From an uncultured Verrucomicrobiae bacterium (GTDB taxonomy: Bacteria > Verrucomicrobiota > Verrucomicrobiia > Chthoniobacterales > UBA10450), in NCBI GenBank assembly GCA_963834385.1, contig CAWIBO010000002.1, positions 160,001 through 224,000 on the forward strand: a DNA stretch of 64,000 nt. Direction: 5' to 3'. The stretch's first letter is position 1; each line of letters opens with the position of its first letter. Position numbers and translations under genes: made by a program. The notes under the pieces are model-generated. The model was not told the DNA's origin. It worked only from the letters and a program-made list of their open reading frames with translations, and searched no databases. Of the stretch, positions 31,682 to 44,551 are shown piece by piece.

Positions 31682-32836
31682 TCAATAGCGCGGCATGCTC
31701 GGATCGATCTCCGCGGCCCAGGCGTCCAGACCGCCCTCCAGGTTGAAGACCTGCGAAAACCCCTGCTGCTGCAGCCAGGCGGTGGCATGGGCGCTCCGGA
31801 AACCGCTCTTGCAAATGACCACTGTTTTCCTGCCGGGCTCGAGTTCCCCCGCGCGGGCAGGCAATTCTCCCAGCGGGATCAACGTCGAATCCGCCAGCCG
31901 CGCCAGGTCAAACTCCACCGGCTCGCGCACGTCGAGCAGGAAGGGCCGCGGCTCGCTCCGGAGCTGTTCCTCCAGTTCCTGCACCGTCACGACCGGCGGG
32001 GTGGCCGCGCCACCGTCCGCTCTCGCTCCCCCGCAAAACTCTTCGTAATCAATCGGTGCCGTGATGGTCGGTCGTTCACCGCAGACGGGACATTCCGGAT
32101 CCCGCCGCACGGAAAATTCGCGCAGCCGCATCTTCAGGCCGTCGAAATGGACCAGGCGGCCGAGCAGCGGATCGCCCGCGCCGAGAAGAAGTTTGATCGC
32201 CTCGAGCGCCTGGATCGTTCCGATCAATCCGGGCATGACCCCGAGCACACCCGCCTCGGCGCAGCTGGGGACGGAGCCCGGGGGGGGCGGTTCCGGGAAA
32301 AGGCAGCGGTAGCACGGGCCACCGAGATGTGGCGCGAAGACGGAGGCCTGCCCCTCGAACCGGAACACAGAGCCATACACGTTCGGCCGGGAGGCGAAAA
32401 CGGCGGCGTCGCTGGCCAGGTAACGCGTGGCAAAATTATCCGAGCCGTCGATGACAACATCATAGGCCGCGACCAGGTCAACGGCGTTGGCGGCCGTGAA
32501 GCGTTCGCGGTGCCGTTCCACCTTCACCAGTGGGTTCAGCTCCAGCAGCCGATCCTGCGCCGAATCAACCTTGGCCCGGCCCACGTCCGCGGTGTCGTGC
32601 AAAAGCTGCCGCTGGAGATTCGAGAGTTCGACCACGTCGTCATCCACCAGGCCGACCGTGCCGACCCCCGCAGCGGCGAGATACATGGCCGCGGGCGAGC
32701 CAAGGCCCCCCGCACCAAGGCAGAGCACGCGGCCCTCCTTTAGGCGCGCCTGTCCGGCCTCGCCCACCTCGGGCATGGTCAGGTGCCGGGCATAGCGGCG
32801 ACGCTCCTCCGGCCCAAGCGGGCTTTGTGTAATCAT
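31682..32836 (-). CDS. moeB: Molybdopterin-synthase adenylyltransferase MoeB/MoeZ with rhodanese domain
   Basis: RYARH, GAGGLGS, SNLQRQ, PCYRC, SCAEAGVLG, CPVC, rhodanese CKSGFRS. Confidence 0.92.
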   Translation of the reverse strand: MITQSPLGPEERRRYARHLTMPEVGEAGQARLKEGRVLCLGAGGLGSPAAMYLAAAGVGTVGLVDDDVVELSNLQRQLLHDTADVGRAKVDSAQDRLLELNPLVKVERHRERFTAANAVDLVAAYDVVIDGSDNFATRYLASDAAVFASRPNVYGSVFRFEGQASVFAPHLGGPCYRCLFPEPPPPGSVPSCAEAGVLGVMPGLIGTIQALEAIKLLLGAGDPLLGRLVHFDGLKMRLREFSVRRDPECPVCGERPTITAPIDYEEFCGGARADGGAATPPVVTVQELEEQLRSEPRPFLLDVREPVEFDLARLADSTLIPLGELPARAGELEPGRKTVVICKSGFRSAHATAWLQQQGFSQVFNLEGGLDAWAAEIDPSMPRY

Positions 32837-32876
32837 CGGGCAAACCTAGCCGCCCGCACCGGGCTGCGCCAACTTC

Positions 32877-33164
32877 TCACGGTTTTACCTCATCCCATTT
32901 GATGCCGATGATGCGGCGGTCGCGCAGCGATTTGAGCGACTTCGGGAAAACCAGGTAACGCGCGCCTTTCTCCTCCTTCAGGCCAACGAGCCCGAAATCG
33001 GTCCCTTTCTCACCGACGAGAATGGTCATGACCTTTTCCTGACGCAGCAGGGCCTGGAAGGCGGGATCCTGCCGCGGTTTGCGCCACGGGGTGTGGACCG
33101 CCGGGGTGCCAAACTCGGCCACGACCTCGGCGAACCGCGTCCTCTTCGTCTTCAGGAGTTTCAC
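32877..33164 (-). CDS. Small basic hypothetical protein
   Basis: 95-aa ORF with GTG start filling the gap between the SRP RNA and moeB. Confidence 0.6.
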   Translation of the reverse strand: MKLLKTKRTRFAEVVAEFGTPAVHTPWRKPRQDPAFQALLRQEKVMTILVGEKGTDFGLVGLKEEKGARYLVFPKSLKSLRDRRIIGIKWDEVKP

Positions 33165-33175
33165 GGCAAAAAAAG

Positions 33176-33271
33176 TCCGCCAGAGAACTACGGCAAAAAG
33201 GATCAGACTACCGTTGCTGCATTCCTGCCCTGGCGGGGTTCGTTAGTCCTCAGTCCATAGCCCCTGACGGA
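33176..33271 (-). ncRNA. ffs: Signal recognition particle (4.5S) RNA
   Basis: Minus strand contains GAACCCCGCCAGGGCAGGAATGCAGCAACGGTAG (domain IV: CAGG-GCA-GGAA-TGC-AGCA); closing stem CCGTCAGGGGCTATGG/CCGTAGTTCTCTGGCGG; followed by a T7 run. Confidence 0.9.
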
Positions 33272-33367
33272 AACCGAACTTCCGCGCAGGATGGCCCGCG
33301 CGCAATCGTCTTTTCATCGTCCTGCCGGTCATTGACACCCGGTCCGGCTTCTGGTCACATCGCCGCC

Positions 33368-33577
33368 GTGAAGAAGATCGTCCTGGTCCTGCTCGTGGTC
33401 GCCGCCGCCACCTCCTCCTGCACCACTCTTTCCAATCGGCGGGATCTCTACCAGCCGACGCGGCCCCTGCCCAGCCAGCTGCAAACCGCACCGCGCGCCC
33501 CTGCGACCACGACGGTGCCGGTCGCGCCCGTGGAAACGGGGCGGATGGAGGAAGAAGAAATGCTGCCGCCCCCCTAG
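33368..33577 (+). CDS. Small lipoprotein with P/T/A-rich tail
   Basis: (M)KKIVLVLLVVAAATSSC signal/lipobox, then TTLSNRRDLYQP. Confidence 0.65.
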   Translation: MKKIVLVLLVVAAATSSCTTLSNRRDLYQPTRPLPSQLQTAPRAPATTTVPVAPVETGRMEEEEMLPPP

Positions 33578-33587
33578 GGGCGGGAGG

Positions 33588-33797
33588 TCAGGCGAAAGGA
33601 AGGTTCGCCTTGATCCGCTGCACGTCCGTCTCGTGGACGAGCACGGTTTTGCTCAGCTGCCGCTTGCGCTTGGCATTCTTGGCCGACATCAGGTGACGCC
33701 GGGAGGCCTGGGAGCGGAGCACCTTTCCGGTGGCGGTGATTTTGAACCGCTTCGCCACGGCTTTGCGGGTCTTGGAGCGGGCAATCGATTTCGGCAT
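33588..33797 (-). CDS. rpmI: 50S ribosomal protein L35
   Basis: KTRKAVAKRFKITATGKV...RRHL...KRKRQL. Confidence 0.95.
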   Translation of the reverse strand: MPKSIARSKTRKAVAKRFKITATGKVLRSQASRRHLMSAKNAKRKRQLSKTVLVHETDVQRIKANLPFA

Positions 33798-33908
33798 AAG
33801 AGCGCGCAAGATAGCGCACTTGTCGCCCCTGACAAATAAAAGCTGGGGGAGGTGTCCTTCCCGGGGGAAATCGCTGGCGTCTCCCCCTGTTGCGGGAACA
33901 GTGGCGGA

Positions 33909-35190
33909 GTGGAGCAACACGAGGGAAAACCGCAGGTCGTCATCGTTGGGGCCGGTTTCGGCGGGCTCGAGGTGGCCAAAAAACTCGGGCGGGCGCCTGT
34001 CCGGGTGACGGTGATCGACCGGACCAACTACCATCTCTTCCAGCCGCTGCTTTACCAGGTGGCCACGGCGGCGCTCTCGCCGGCGGACATTGCCGCGCCG
34101 CATCCGGTCCATCCTGAGCCGGTATGGCAACACCGAGGTGATTCTGGGCGAGGTGCAGGCCGTCGATGTCGCGGCCCGTCTCGTGCACACGAAAGACCGC
34201 CAGTTTCCCTACGACTACCTCGTCCTGGCCACCGGTTCCCGGCATTCTTATTTTGGTCGGGACGACTGGGAAAAGCTCGCGCCCGGCTTGAAAAGCCTCG
34301 AGGACGCGGTCGAGATTCGGCGCCGGCTCCTGCTCGCCTTTGAATATGCCGAGAAGTTGCCGGACAAGGCCGGCCGGCAGGCGGCCATGACTTTTGTCAT
34401 TGTCGGGGGCGGGCCGACCGGGGTGGAAATGGCGGGCGCCATTGCCGAGATCGCCCGTTACACCCTGGCGAAGGACTTTCGGCATATCGATCCCTCGGAC
34501 GCCAAGGTCATCCTGGTGGAGAGCGATCAGCGCGTGCTCTCCGCCTTCCCGCCCGATCTTTCCGCCAGCGCCCTGGCCCAGTTGCAGGAGCTGGGGGTGG
34601 AGGTGCGCACCGGAAGTCGCGCCCAAAACCTGACCGAGGAGGGCCTCGAGATCGGTTCGGAATTCATTCCCTGCCGGGTCAAGATCTGGGCGGCCGGCAA
34701 CACCGCCTCCGGGCTTGGCCGTTCCCTCGGGGTGCCCCTGGACCGGGCCGGGCGGGTCATCGTCAACCCCGACCTCACCATTCCGGGTCACCCCGAAGTG
34801 CAGGTGATCGGCGACATGGCCAACTTCGAGCACGATGGGGATGGCCGGCCGCTTCCCGGTGTTTCGCCGGTGGCCATGCAGGAGGGAAGGCACGCGGCGG
34901 AAAACATCATCCGGTCGCTCGAGGGGCAGCCGCCCCAGCGTTTTTATTATTGGGACAAGGGCACCCTCGCCACCATCGGGAGGAACAAGGCCGTGGCCGA
35001 CCTGAATTTTGTCCGCTTCAGCGGGGTCCTGGCCTGGCTGGCCTGGCTCTTCGTCCACGTGATTTTCCTGGTCGGCTTCCGCAACCGCGTGGCCGTGCTT
35101 CTCGAGTGGGCCTGGGCTTATTTCAGCTTCAGCAAGGGGGCGCGCCTTATCACCCGGAACTTCCAGGCGGAAAGCCGCCCACCGGACTGA
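33909..35190 (+). CDS. ndh: Type II NADH dehydrogenase; frameshift near 34101
   Basis: [54 protein letters not shown]. Confidence 0.92.
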
Positions 35191-36120
35191 TGGCGGCGTG
35201 GCGCGTGGCGGTGGTGGGAGCGGGCGCGATCGGCTGTTACTACGGCGCGCGCCTCGTCCAGGCCGGGGCCGAGGTTCATTTTCTGATGCGGAGCGACCTC
35301 GAAACGGTGCGCCGTGAGGGACTGACCATCCGGAGCCGCGCCGGCAATCTCCAGCTGAATGATGTCCACGCCCACGCGACCACGGCCGGGATCGGCCCGG
35401 TGGATCTCGTGCTGGTGGCCCTGAAAACCACGGCCAACGCGGCCTTGCCCGAGCTCATCCCGCCGCTTTTGGGGGAGGGGACCATGCTCCTGACCCTGCA
35501 GAACGGGCTCGGCAACGAGGAGGGGCTGGCCCGGGAGTTCGGCGCAGAACGCGTCCTTGGCGGTCTTTGTTTCATCTGCCTGATCCGGACCGCCCCGGGC
35601 GTCATCGAGCATTACGATATCGGTCACCTTTCCATCGGCGAATACGACCGCGCCCCATCGGCCCGGACGGACGAGGCTGGTCGAGCTTTTCCGGCGCGGC
35701 GGTTTGCGCTGTGCCGCAGTGGAGAATCTTGGGACGGAGCGCTGGCGGAAGCTTGTCTGGAACATTCCGTTCAACGGGCTGGCGGTGCGGGAGCGGCTCG
35801 ACACGGAGCGCATCCTTGGCCGGGCGGAGTTGCGGGGCGAAGTGGAAGCGCTCATGCAAGAGGTGCTGCAGGCGGCGGCCTGTTGCGGCCATGCACTGCC
35901 ACCGGAAACCATCGCGCTTCAACTTGCCCGCACCGAGGAGATGGGCCCTTATCGGCCTTCCACCCTGATCGACTACGAGGCGGGAAAAGCGCTCGAACTT
36001 GAGTCCATCTGGGGGGAACCGCTCCGGCGATCGCAGGCGAAGGGTGCGTCCTCTCCCCGCTTATCCGCGCTTTATCACGAGCTTTCGCTCATCGACCGGG
36101 AACTGTGCGCGCGAAAATGA
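35190..36120 (+). CDS. panE: 2-dehydropantoate 2-reductase; frameshift near 35675
   Basis: VVGAGAIGCYYG, LQNGLGNEE, WRKLVWNIPFNGL, YRPSTLID, LELESI. Confidence 0.9.
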
Positions 36121-36596
36121 AAACGGGGGCAGACTCGGAGATCGATCGACCCGTGCTGGTCGTTCTCGACCGACAGCGCAAGGTCGTGCTCGACCGGGCC
36201 GCCCTGCAACAGTTTGGCGGTCGCGCGCTCGCGTTGATCCGGAAAAAGGTTCCCCGGTTTGAGGCCACGAGGCTGGCCCGCCTTGCGGAAGTGAGCGTGG
36301 TGCTCGTGTCCGACCGCCGCATGGCCGCGCTGCACCTTCAATATATGAACGTGGCCGGCCCCACCGACGTGCTGACGTTTGAGCACGGCGAGATCTTTAT
36401 CAGCACGGAGACTGCCCGGGCCAATGCCCGGCGTTTCCGCAGCACCACCCGGCAGGAAATCGAACTTTATCTGGTGCACGGGCTCCTGCATCTCTCCGGT
36501 TGCGACGACACCTCCGCGGGGCCGGCTCGCCGCATGGGTCGCCTGCAGGAGTCGGTGGCCCGGGGCGCCCGGAAGAGCGGGCGCGACACCGGTTGA
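36117..36596 (+). CDS. ybeY: rRNA maturation RNase YbeY
   Basis: PTDVLTF, GEIFIS, HGLLHLSGCDD. Confidence 0.88.
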   Translation: MKTGADSEIDRPVLVVLDRQRKVVLDRAALQQFGGRALALIRKKVPRFEATRLARLAEVSVVLVSDRRMAALHLQYMNVAGPTDVLTFEHGEIFISTETARANARRFRSTTRQEIELYLVHGLLHLSGCDDTSAGPARRMGRLQESVARGARKSGRDTG

Positions 36597-36626
36597 AGGC
36601 GTGGGGCCGTATGGTAGCGTCCTGCC

Positions 36627-36956
36627 ATGGCGATCGAGGTTTCTTCGTCGGACGTCATGATCAGGGCTGGCCTGCCGGGAGCGCCGACGCTGGAGGAGGA
36701 AACGTCCACGCAGGCGGAAACCGACCTGCCCTGGCAGGTGGTGGTCCATAACGATCCGGTAAACCTGATGAGCTACGTCACCATGGTCTTCCAGAAAGTC
36801 TTTGGTTATCCGAAGCAGAAGGCCGAGACGCACATGATGGAAGTGCATGAAAAGGGACGCTCGGTTCTCTGGACGGGCGTGCGTGAACGCGCCGAGCTTT
36901 ACGTGCAGCAACTGCATGGCTACCTGCTGCTGGCCACGATCGAACGCTGTCCCTGA
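36627..36956 (+). CDS. clpS: Clp protease adaptor ClpS
   Basis: WQVVVHNDPVNLMSYV, MMEVHEKGRS. Confidence 0.92.
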   Translation: MAIEVSSSDVMIRAGLPGAPTLEEETSTQAETDLPWQVVVHNDPVNLMSYVTMVFQKVFGYPKQKAETHMMEVHEKGRSVLWTGVRERAELYVQQLHGYLLLATIERCP

Positions 36957-36958
36957 AG

Positions 36959-37447
36959 ATGGAGCTGAGCCGGGAGGCGGACACGCTGGAGATTCGGGAA
37001 ATCGACCCGTTCCTGGCGGAGCTTCTTCGCCAGGTGCCGGCCAGCGCGGAGCCGGAAGGTTCGGAAGCGGCCGAGCAACGGCTTTTTTCCAAACCGTCGG
37101 CCGAAAGCGAAGCCTGCCGGGAATGGAAGAATTACGTCGAACCCGAGCTACGCCGCATTTTCGCCAGTGCGACCGAGATCGTCGTCGAGGATTTGCGGCA
37201 ATTGGAGGACAACGGCAAACCGTTTGCCAACGCCACTCTCCGCATCCCGGTGGCGCATGCCGACGCCTGGCTCAATACCTTGAACCAGGCGCGCCTGGTC
37301 ATCGCCGCCCGCTACAATTTCAGCGACGGCGAACTCTGCGATCATTATCGCTCGCCCATTGGGTCCCGCCGCGACCTCAGTCTTTTCCAGGTCAATTTCT
37401 ACGGCTTCCTGCAGGAGTTCATCCTGCGGGAAATCGAGACGCCCTAG
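36959..37447 (+). CDS. DUF2017-like protein
   Basis: RLF, AWLNTLNQARL, YGFLQE; follows clpS as DUF2017 does in Actinobacteria. Confidence 0.7.
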   Translation: MELSREADTLEIREIDPFLAELLRQVPASAEPEGSEAAEQRLFSKPSAESEACREWKNYVEPELRRIFASATEIVVEDLRQLEDNGKPFANATLRIPVAHADAWLNTLNQARLVIAARYNFSDGELCDHYRSPIGSRRDLSLFQVNFYGFLQEFILREIETP

Positions 37448-37680
37448 GATTTGGCCTTGTTCCGGACCATGGACATCAAGCGGTCCTTGATCGCGTCCGA
37501 TGCCTTGGCCGGCTGCAGGCTCAGGGCAAAGGCCTCGTGCAGGGAATAGCACTCGTTGATGCAATCCTCCGCCTGCCGTCCAAACTCACGGCGCGCCGTC
37601 TCGAACTCGGCCACCTCGTCGGATTCCAGGGAACCGATGACGTAGAGCCGGGCCCGATTCTGGAATTCGTCAAAGCTCAT
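37444..37680 (-). CDS. Small soluble putative anti-sigma factor (anti-sigma domain only)
   Basis: LYVIGSLESDEVAEFE and LQP...IKDRLM resemble RskA-type N-termini; overlaps the sigma factor stop. Confidence 0.65.
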   Translation of the reverse strand: MSFDEFQNRARLYVIGSLESDEVAEFETARREFGRQAEDCINECYSLHEAFALSLQPAKASDAIKDRLMSMVRNKAKS

Positions 37681-38275
37681 CTTTAAGCTCCTTGAGACCG
37701 TCGTAAATTTTCTTGAGCCCCAGTTCAAGCCGCGTTTTCACCGTGCCCAGCGGCGTGTTCGTCTGCAAAGCGATCTCCCGCTGGCTCATCCCGCGAAAAA
37801 AAGCGAGTTCCACGGCTTCCTGCTGGGCCGGCGGCAGGGAGTTGATCACCGTTCGCACGATGGCGCGCGTGTCCCCCGAGGAGATTTCTTCCGCGGTCGC
37901 GTTATGCACCCAGGCTTCGGGCTGCTGCTCCGTCTCGGCCTGGAGGCGTTCGCCCGCCCTGGTATAGGCCTGCTTTTTGCGCAAGCCGTCGATCGCGCGG
38001 CGCCGGGCCAGCGTCACCATCCAGCCAAGCGGTTTGCCTTTCTGCGCGGAGAAATTGCGGGACTGGTTCCAGATTTCCATGAAAATCTCCTGGAGCAGGT
38101 CGTCCGCCTCGGCGTCGTTGTGGACCACGCGCAGAATCAGCGCCTTAAGAATGCCGTTGTAGCGGTCGTAGAGCAGCGAGAGCGCTTCCGGTTCCTCCTG
38201 CTGAATCCGCAGCATCAACTCGAGGTCCGTCGGCGACCCCGGCTCAATGTGCGGGTTAAGTGCCGGCACTGGCAC
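37670..38275 (-). CDS. ECF RNA polymerase sigma factor (SigK-like); start approximate
   Basis: ALSLLYDRY, EADDLLQEIF, WMVTLARRRAID, LAFFRGMSQREIA, PLGTVKTRL. Confidence 0.9.
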   Translation of the reverse strand: MPVPALNPHIEPGSPTDLELMLRIQQEEPEALSLLYDRYNGILKALILRVVHNDAEADDLLQEIFMEIWNQSRNFSAQKGKPLGWMVTLARRRAIDGLRKKQAYTRAGERLQAETEQQPEAWVHNATAEEISSGDTRAIVRTVINSLPPAQQEAVELAFFRGMSQREIALQTNTPLGTVKTRLELGLKKIYDGLKELKDEL

Positions 38276-38535
38276 GGTGCCAAGCCCCTCCACGGGGTCG
38301 GGCGCCAGGGGCAGATCAAAACGGCGTTTCACAGTCGAAAGTTTCAAAGTTCCCGCGAGGGGCGCTCCAGGCGGCTTCCGCTGCCGCGGACAGGGAAAAG
38401 AACAGCCGGAAACCGCATGACCCGTTTTAGACGTTCCGCCCCGGCGCGTCCATGGTTTTCCGCGCCCGGGGCGGATTACCCCTTGACCCCGCCAAGGTCG
38501 CGTCGATAACCTCCCGTCTCCACCAGCGCGCCTGC

Positions 38536-39276
38536 ATGAAACGTTCCCTGCTTTCCTTACTCTTTCTTCTTCCTCTCCTCTTCGTCGGTGTCTCCGCCCG
38601 GGGGCAGGACATGCTCGCGCCGGCTCTCCGCGCCACCCCGGATGAAGAGACACCCACGCCTACGCCTTCGCCCACCGCGCCCGAGGCCACCCCCGAACCT
38701 TCGCCCACCGCCACCCCGGCGGCTTCGCCTGCCTCCACCCCCGTTCCCACGGCCAAACCTCGCGTCACCACCCTCGAACCAATCCGGGCCACCAGTCCTG
38801 CCCCGGCGGGAACCCGTGCTCCCGCCCCTGCCGCCACGGAGGATGACGATGAGGAACCAGAGGTGGTTGATAATACCAGCCCCTCCCGCCAAAATCTCGC
38901 CCGCACCGTCTCACTCCTTCGCCGTCTCGAGACCCAGTGGGAGAAATCGGCGCACGACGAGAAAGTGATCAAGCGCATCGTGGCCGACGACTTCATCGGG
39001 GTATCGCCCGATGGCAAGGTGCTCTCGAAATCGTCCCTGCTCCGACGGGCCCGCCGGATGGAGCCGCCCGGGAAATCGGCCTCCACCGGCACCCGCAGCA
39101 TGAACGTGCGCATGTTTGGGCCGCGCGTGGCGGTGGTCACCGGGGTGGCCCGCGAGAGCGGCCGGGACAAGGAAGGCAAAAAGTTCCGGCTCAATTTCCG
39201 TTTCACCGACACGTGGATGGAACGCGACGGCAAATGGCAGTGCGTGGCCAGCCACGCCATGCTTCTGCCGAAATAG
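38536..39276 (+). CDS. Secreted NTF2/DUF4440-domain protein with P/T/A-rich linker
   Basis: Signal peptide; TPTPTPSPT linker; IVADDFIGVSPDG, AVVTG, RFTDTW..RDGKWQCVASH. Confidence 0.85.
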   Translation: MKRSLLSLLFLLPLLFVGVSARGQDMLAPALRATPDEETPTPTPSPTAPEATPEPSPTATPAASPASTPVPTAKPRVTTLEPIRATSPAPAGTRAPAPAATEDDDEEPEVVDNTSPSRQNLARTVSLLRRLETQWEKSAHDEKVIKRIVADDFIGVSPDGKVLSKSSLLRRARRMEPPGKSASTGTRSMNVRMFGPRVAVVTGVARESGRDKEGKKFRLNFRFTDTWMERDGKWQCVASHAMLLPK

Positions 39277-39372
39277 CGGTCACCCGCAGCGCCCGGCCCT
39301 CCGCGGCGCCGGGATAAATTCCCGTCCGGGTGCGATTGCGCGCCCCGCCTTTGTGCGCCAAGTGTAACGAAC

Positions 39373-42680
<3,308 letters not shown>

Positions 42681-42772
42681 AAAACCGCCGGACGGGCAAT
42701 CCTCTGCCGGAACGGCGGCTGGTTGCCGCAATATTTCTTGGCAGACGAATGACTTCGGCGCAGACTCCGCCC

Positions 42773-43438
42773 ATGAAGTCGCACCTCGCCGCCATCGACG
42801 CCCGCGTCGCCGCCAAACATTTGCTGACGCACCCCTTTTACCTTGCCTGGAGCCGGGGCGAACTGAGCCTCGAGGCGCTGCGGGATTACGCCGCGCAGTA
42901 TTATCATCACGTGGCCGCCTTCCCGACCTACCTTTCCGGCGTGCATGCGCGCTGCGACGACCAGCCCACCCGTCGCCAGCTTCTCGATAACCTCTGCGAC
43001 GAGGAGGCCGGCCGGCCCAATCATCCCGAGCTGTGGCTCCAGTTTGCGGAATCGCTCGGGGTTTCCGCCGCCGCCGTCCAGGCCAGCGCCCCCGAGCCGG
43101 AGACGTCCGCCCTGGTCAAAACCTTCCGGGAACAGTGTGCCGGCAGTACGGCGGAAGGCGTGGCCGCCCTTTACGCCTACGAAAGCCAGATTCCGTCCGT
43201 GTCCGAGACGAAGATCGACGGTTTGAAGAAGCATTACGGGATGACGGAGCCGGCGGCGTATCAATATTTCACCGTGCACATTGAGGCGGATCGCGAGCAT
43301 GCGGCGGCCGAGCGCGAGATGCTCGGCCGGCATCTCACGGAAACGAACGCTCCCTCCGCTTTGCGCGCCGTGGACTCGGTGCTGGATGCGCTTTGGAACC
43401 TGCTCTCAGGCGTTTGCCGGCGTCACGCCATCGCCTGA
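42773..43438 (+). CDS. CADD-family (PqqC/TenA heme-oxygenase-like) putative pABA synthase
   Basis: HLLTHPFYLAWSRG, FPTYLS, DNLCDEE..NHPELW, YAYESQIP..TKIDGL, YFTVHIEADREH; alternative start 42749. Confidence 0.85.
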   Translation: MKSHLAAIDARVAAKHLLTHPFYLAWSRGELSLEALRDYAAQYYHHVAAFPTYLSGVHARCDDQPTRRQLLDNLCDEEAGRPNHPELWLQFAESLGVSAAAVQASAPEPETSALVKTFREQCAGSTAEGVAALYAYESQIPSVSETKIDGLKKHYGMTEPAAYQYFTVHIEADREHAAAEREMLGRHLTETNAPSALRAVDSVLDALWNLLSGVCRRHAIA

Positions 43439-44551
43439 TTCTGCGCTTCCCCGCGGGCTGAAGGAGGGACGTCCTTTCCAGGACGTCGGCCGCCCGGTCA
43501 GATACCGGACAAGACCAAGCCACTGCAGCACGAGCAGGGTGATGATCGAGAAGGGATGCAGCAGCGCCATGGCGGCAGGCTGATGGAACCGTTTGGCCGC
43601 GAACAGCCGCGGCGCCAGCGCGAGCGCGGCCGCGAGGACGGACAGGGCCAGCGCGCCCGGAGAAAGGAAAGGCGCGAGACCAAGCAGGACAAAGGGGAGA
43701 ACCTGTCCACCCAGGAGGAGCAGCGTAAACGGAACGATGCGGCCGGGCGCGCCGAGGCCCTCATGCGTGTTCTTGGCCAGCCCGTTCCAGACTTCCCGCC
43801 CGTTGTGATACATCCGGCAACTGGCCAGCGCGGTGACGTCAATCAGGTCGGTGGCAAAACCGCGCGCGCGAAACTGCCGGGCCAGCGCCATGGCGTCATG
43901 CACGCGGCGGCGCACCGCATGATGTCCGCCCGCCGCGAGATAATCCTCCTGCCGGCACGCCAGCAACTGGCCACAGGCTGCGCCATAGCGCGGGGATAGG
44001 GAACGCTGCATCCCGCGGAACGGGAGAAAGCCGAGAAGGATGAAGTGAAGCAGAGGAATCAGGAATTGTTCCGGGAAGCTGGCCAGTTCCTGCCGGGGAA
44101 TTCCGCTGACCAGCCCGCGCCGCGCGCGTTCCAGCCCGGCCACCAAGAGCGGCACCGCCCCCGGTTGCAGGCGTACATCGGCGTCGACGAAGAGCAGAAC
44201 CGGGAAGCGCGCGGCGTGACCCAGCTGCCAACAGGCGAAATTTTTGCCGCACCATCCCGCGGGCAACGTTTGGCCGCGAACCAGGCGGACCCGTTCGCCG
44301 GCCACCAGCCCCGCGGTGATCGTGGCGGTTTCATCCTCGGAATGGTCGTCGAGCACAATCACCTCCGCGGCCCCCGCCCCCAGCGCCGCCCTGATTGCTC
44401 CGGCGATGTTGCCCGCTTCGTTGCGGGCCGGGATCAGGACCGAGGCCGGCGTCGCGCTGGAGGTCGTGGGTGCGTGAAACCGGCGCAGGTTCAGGAAAAA
44501 CAAGCCGGCCGGGAGCGCGGCGCAGGCCAGGGCAACGATCGCGGCAATCAC
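43406..44551 (-). CDS. crtQ: GT2 glycosyltransferase, CrtQ-like (C30 carotenoid glycosylation)
   Basis: SVLIPARNE, LDDHSED, GWCGKNFAC, FVDADV, CRMY; lies in the crt cluster. Confidence 0.75.
   Translation of the reverse strand: MIAAIVALACAALPAGLFFLNLRRFHAPTTSSATPASVLIPARNEAGNIAGAIRAALGAGAAEVIVLDDHSEDETATITAGLVAGERVRLVRGQTLPAGWCGKNFACWQLGHAARFPVLLFVDADVRLQPGAVPLLVAGLERARRGLVSGIPRQELASFPEQFLIPLLHFILLGFLPFRGMQRSLSPRYGAACGQLLACRQEDYLAAGGHHAVRRRVHDAMALARQFRARGFATDLIDVTALASCRMYHNGREVWNGLAKNTHEGLGAPGRIVPFTLLLLGGQVLPFVLLGLAPFLSPGALALSVLAAALALAPRLFAAKRFHQPAAMALLHPFSIITLLVLQWLGLVRYLTGRPTSWKGRPSFSPRGSAESGDGVTPANA

Noticed and set aside
42684..42720. GC hairpin after treS-mak as a terminator or riboswitch for the CADD gene
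   Set aside because: Imperfect stem, no U-tract on the + strand and no recognisable aptamer.
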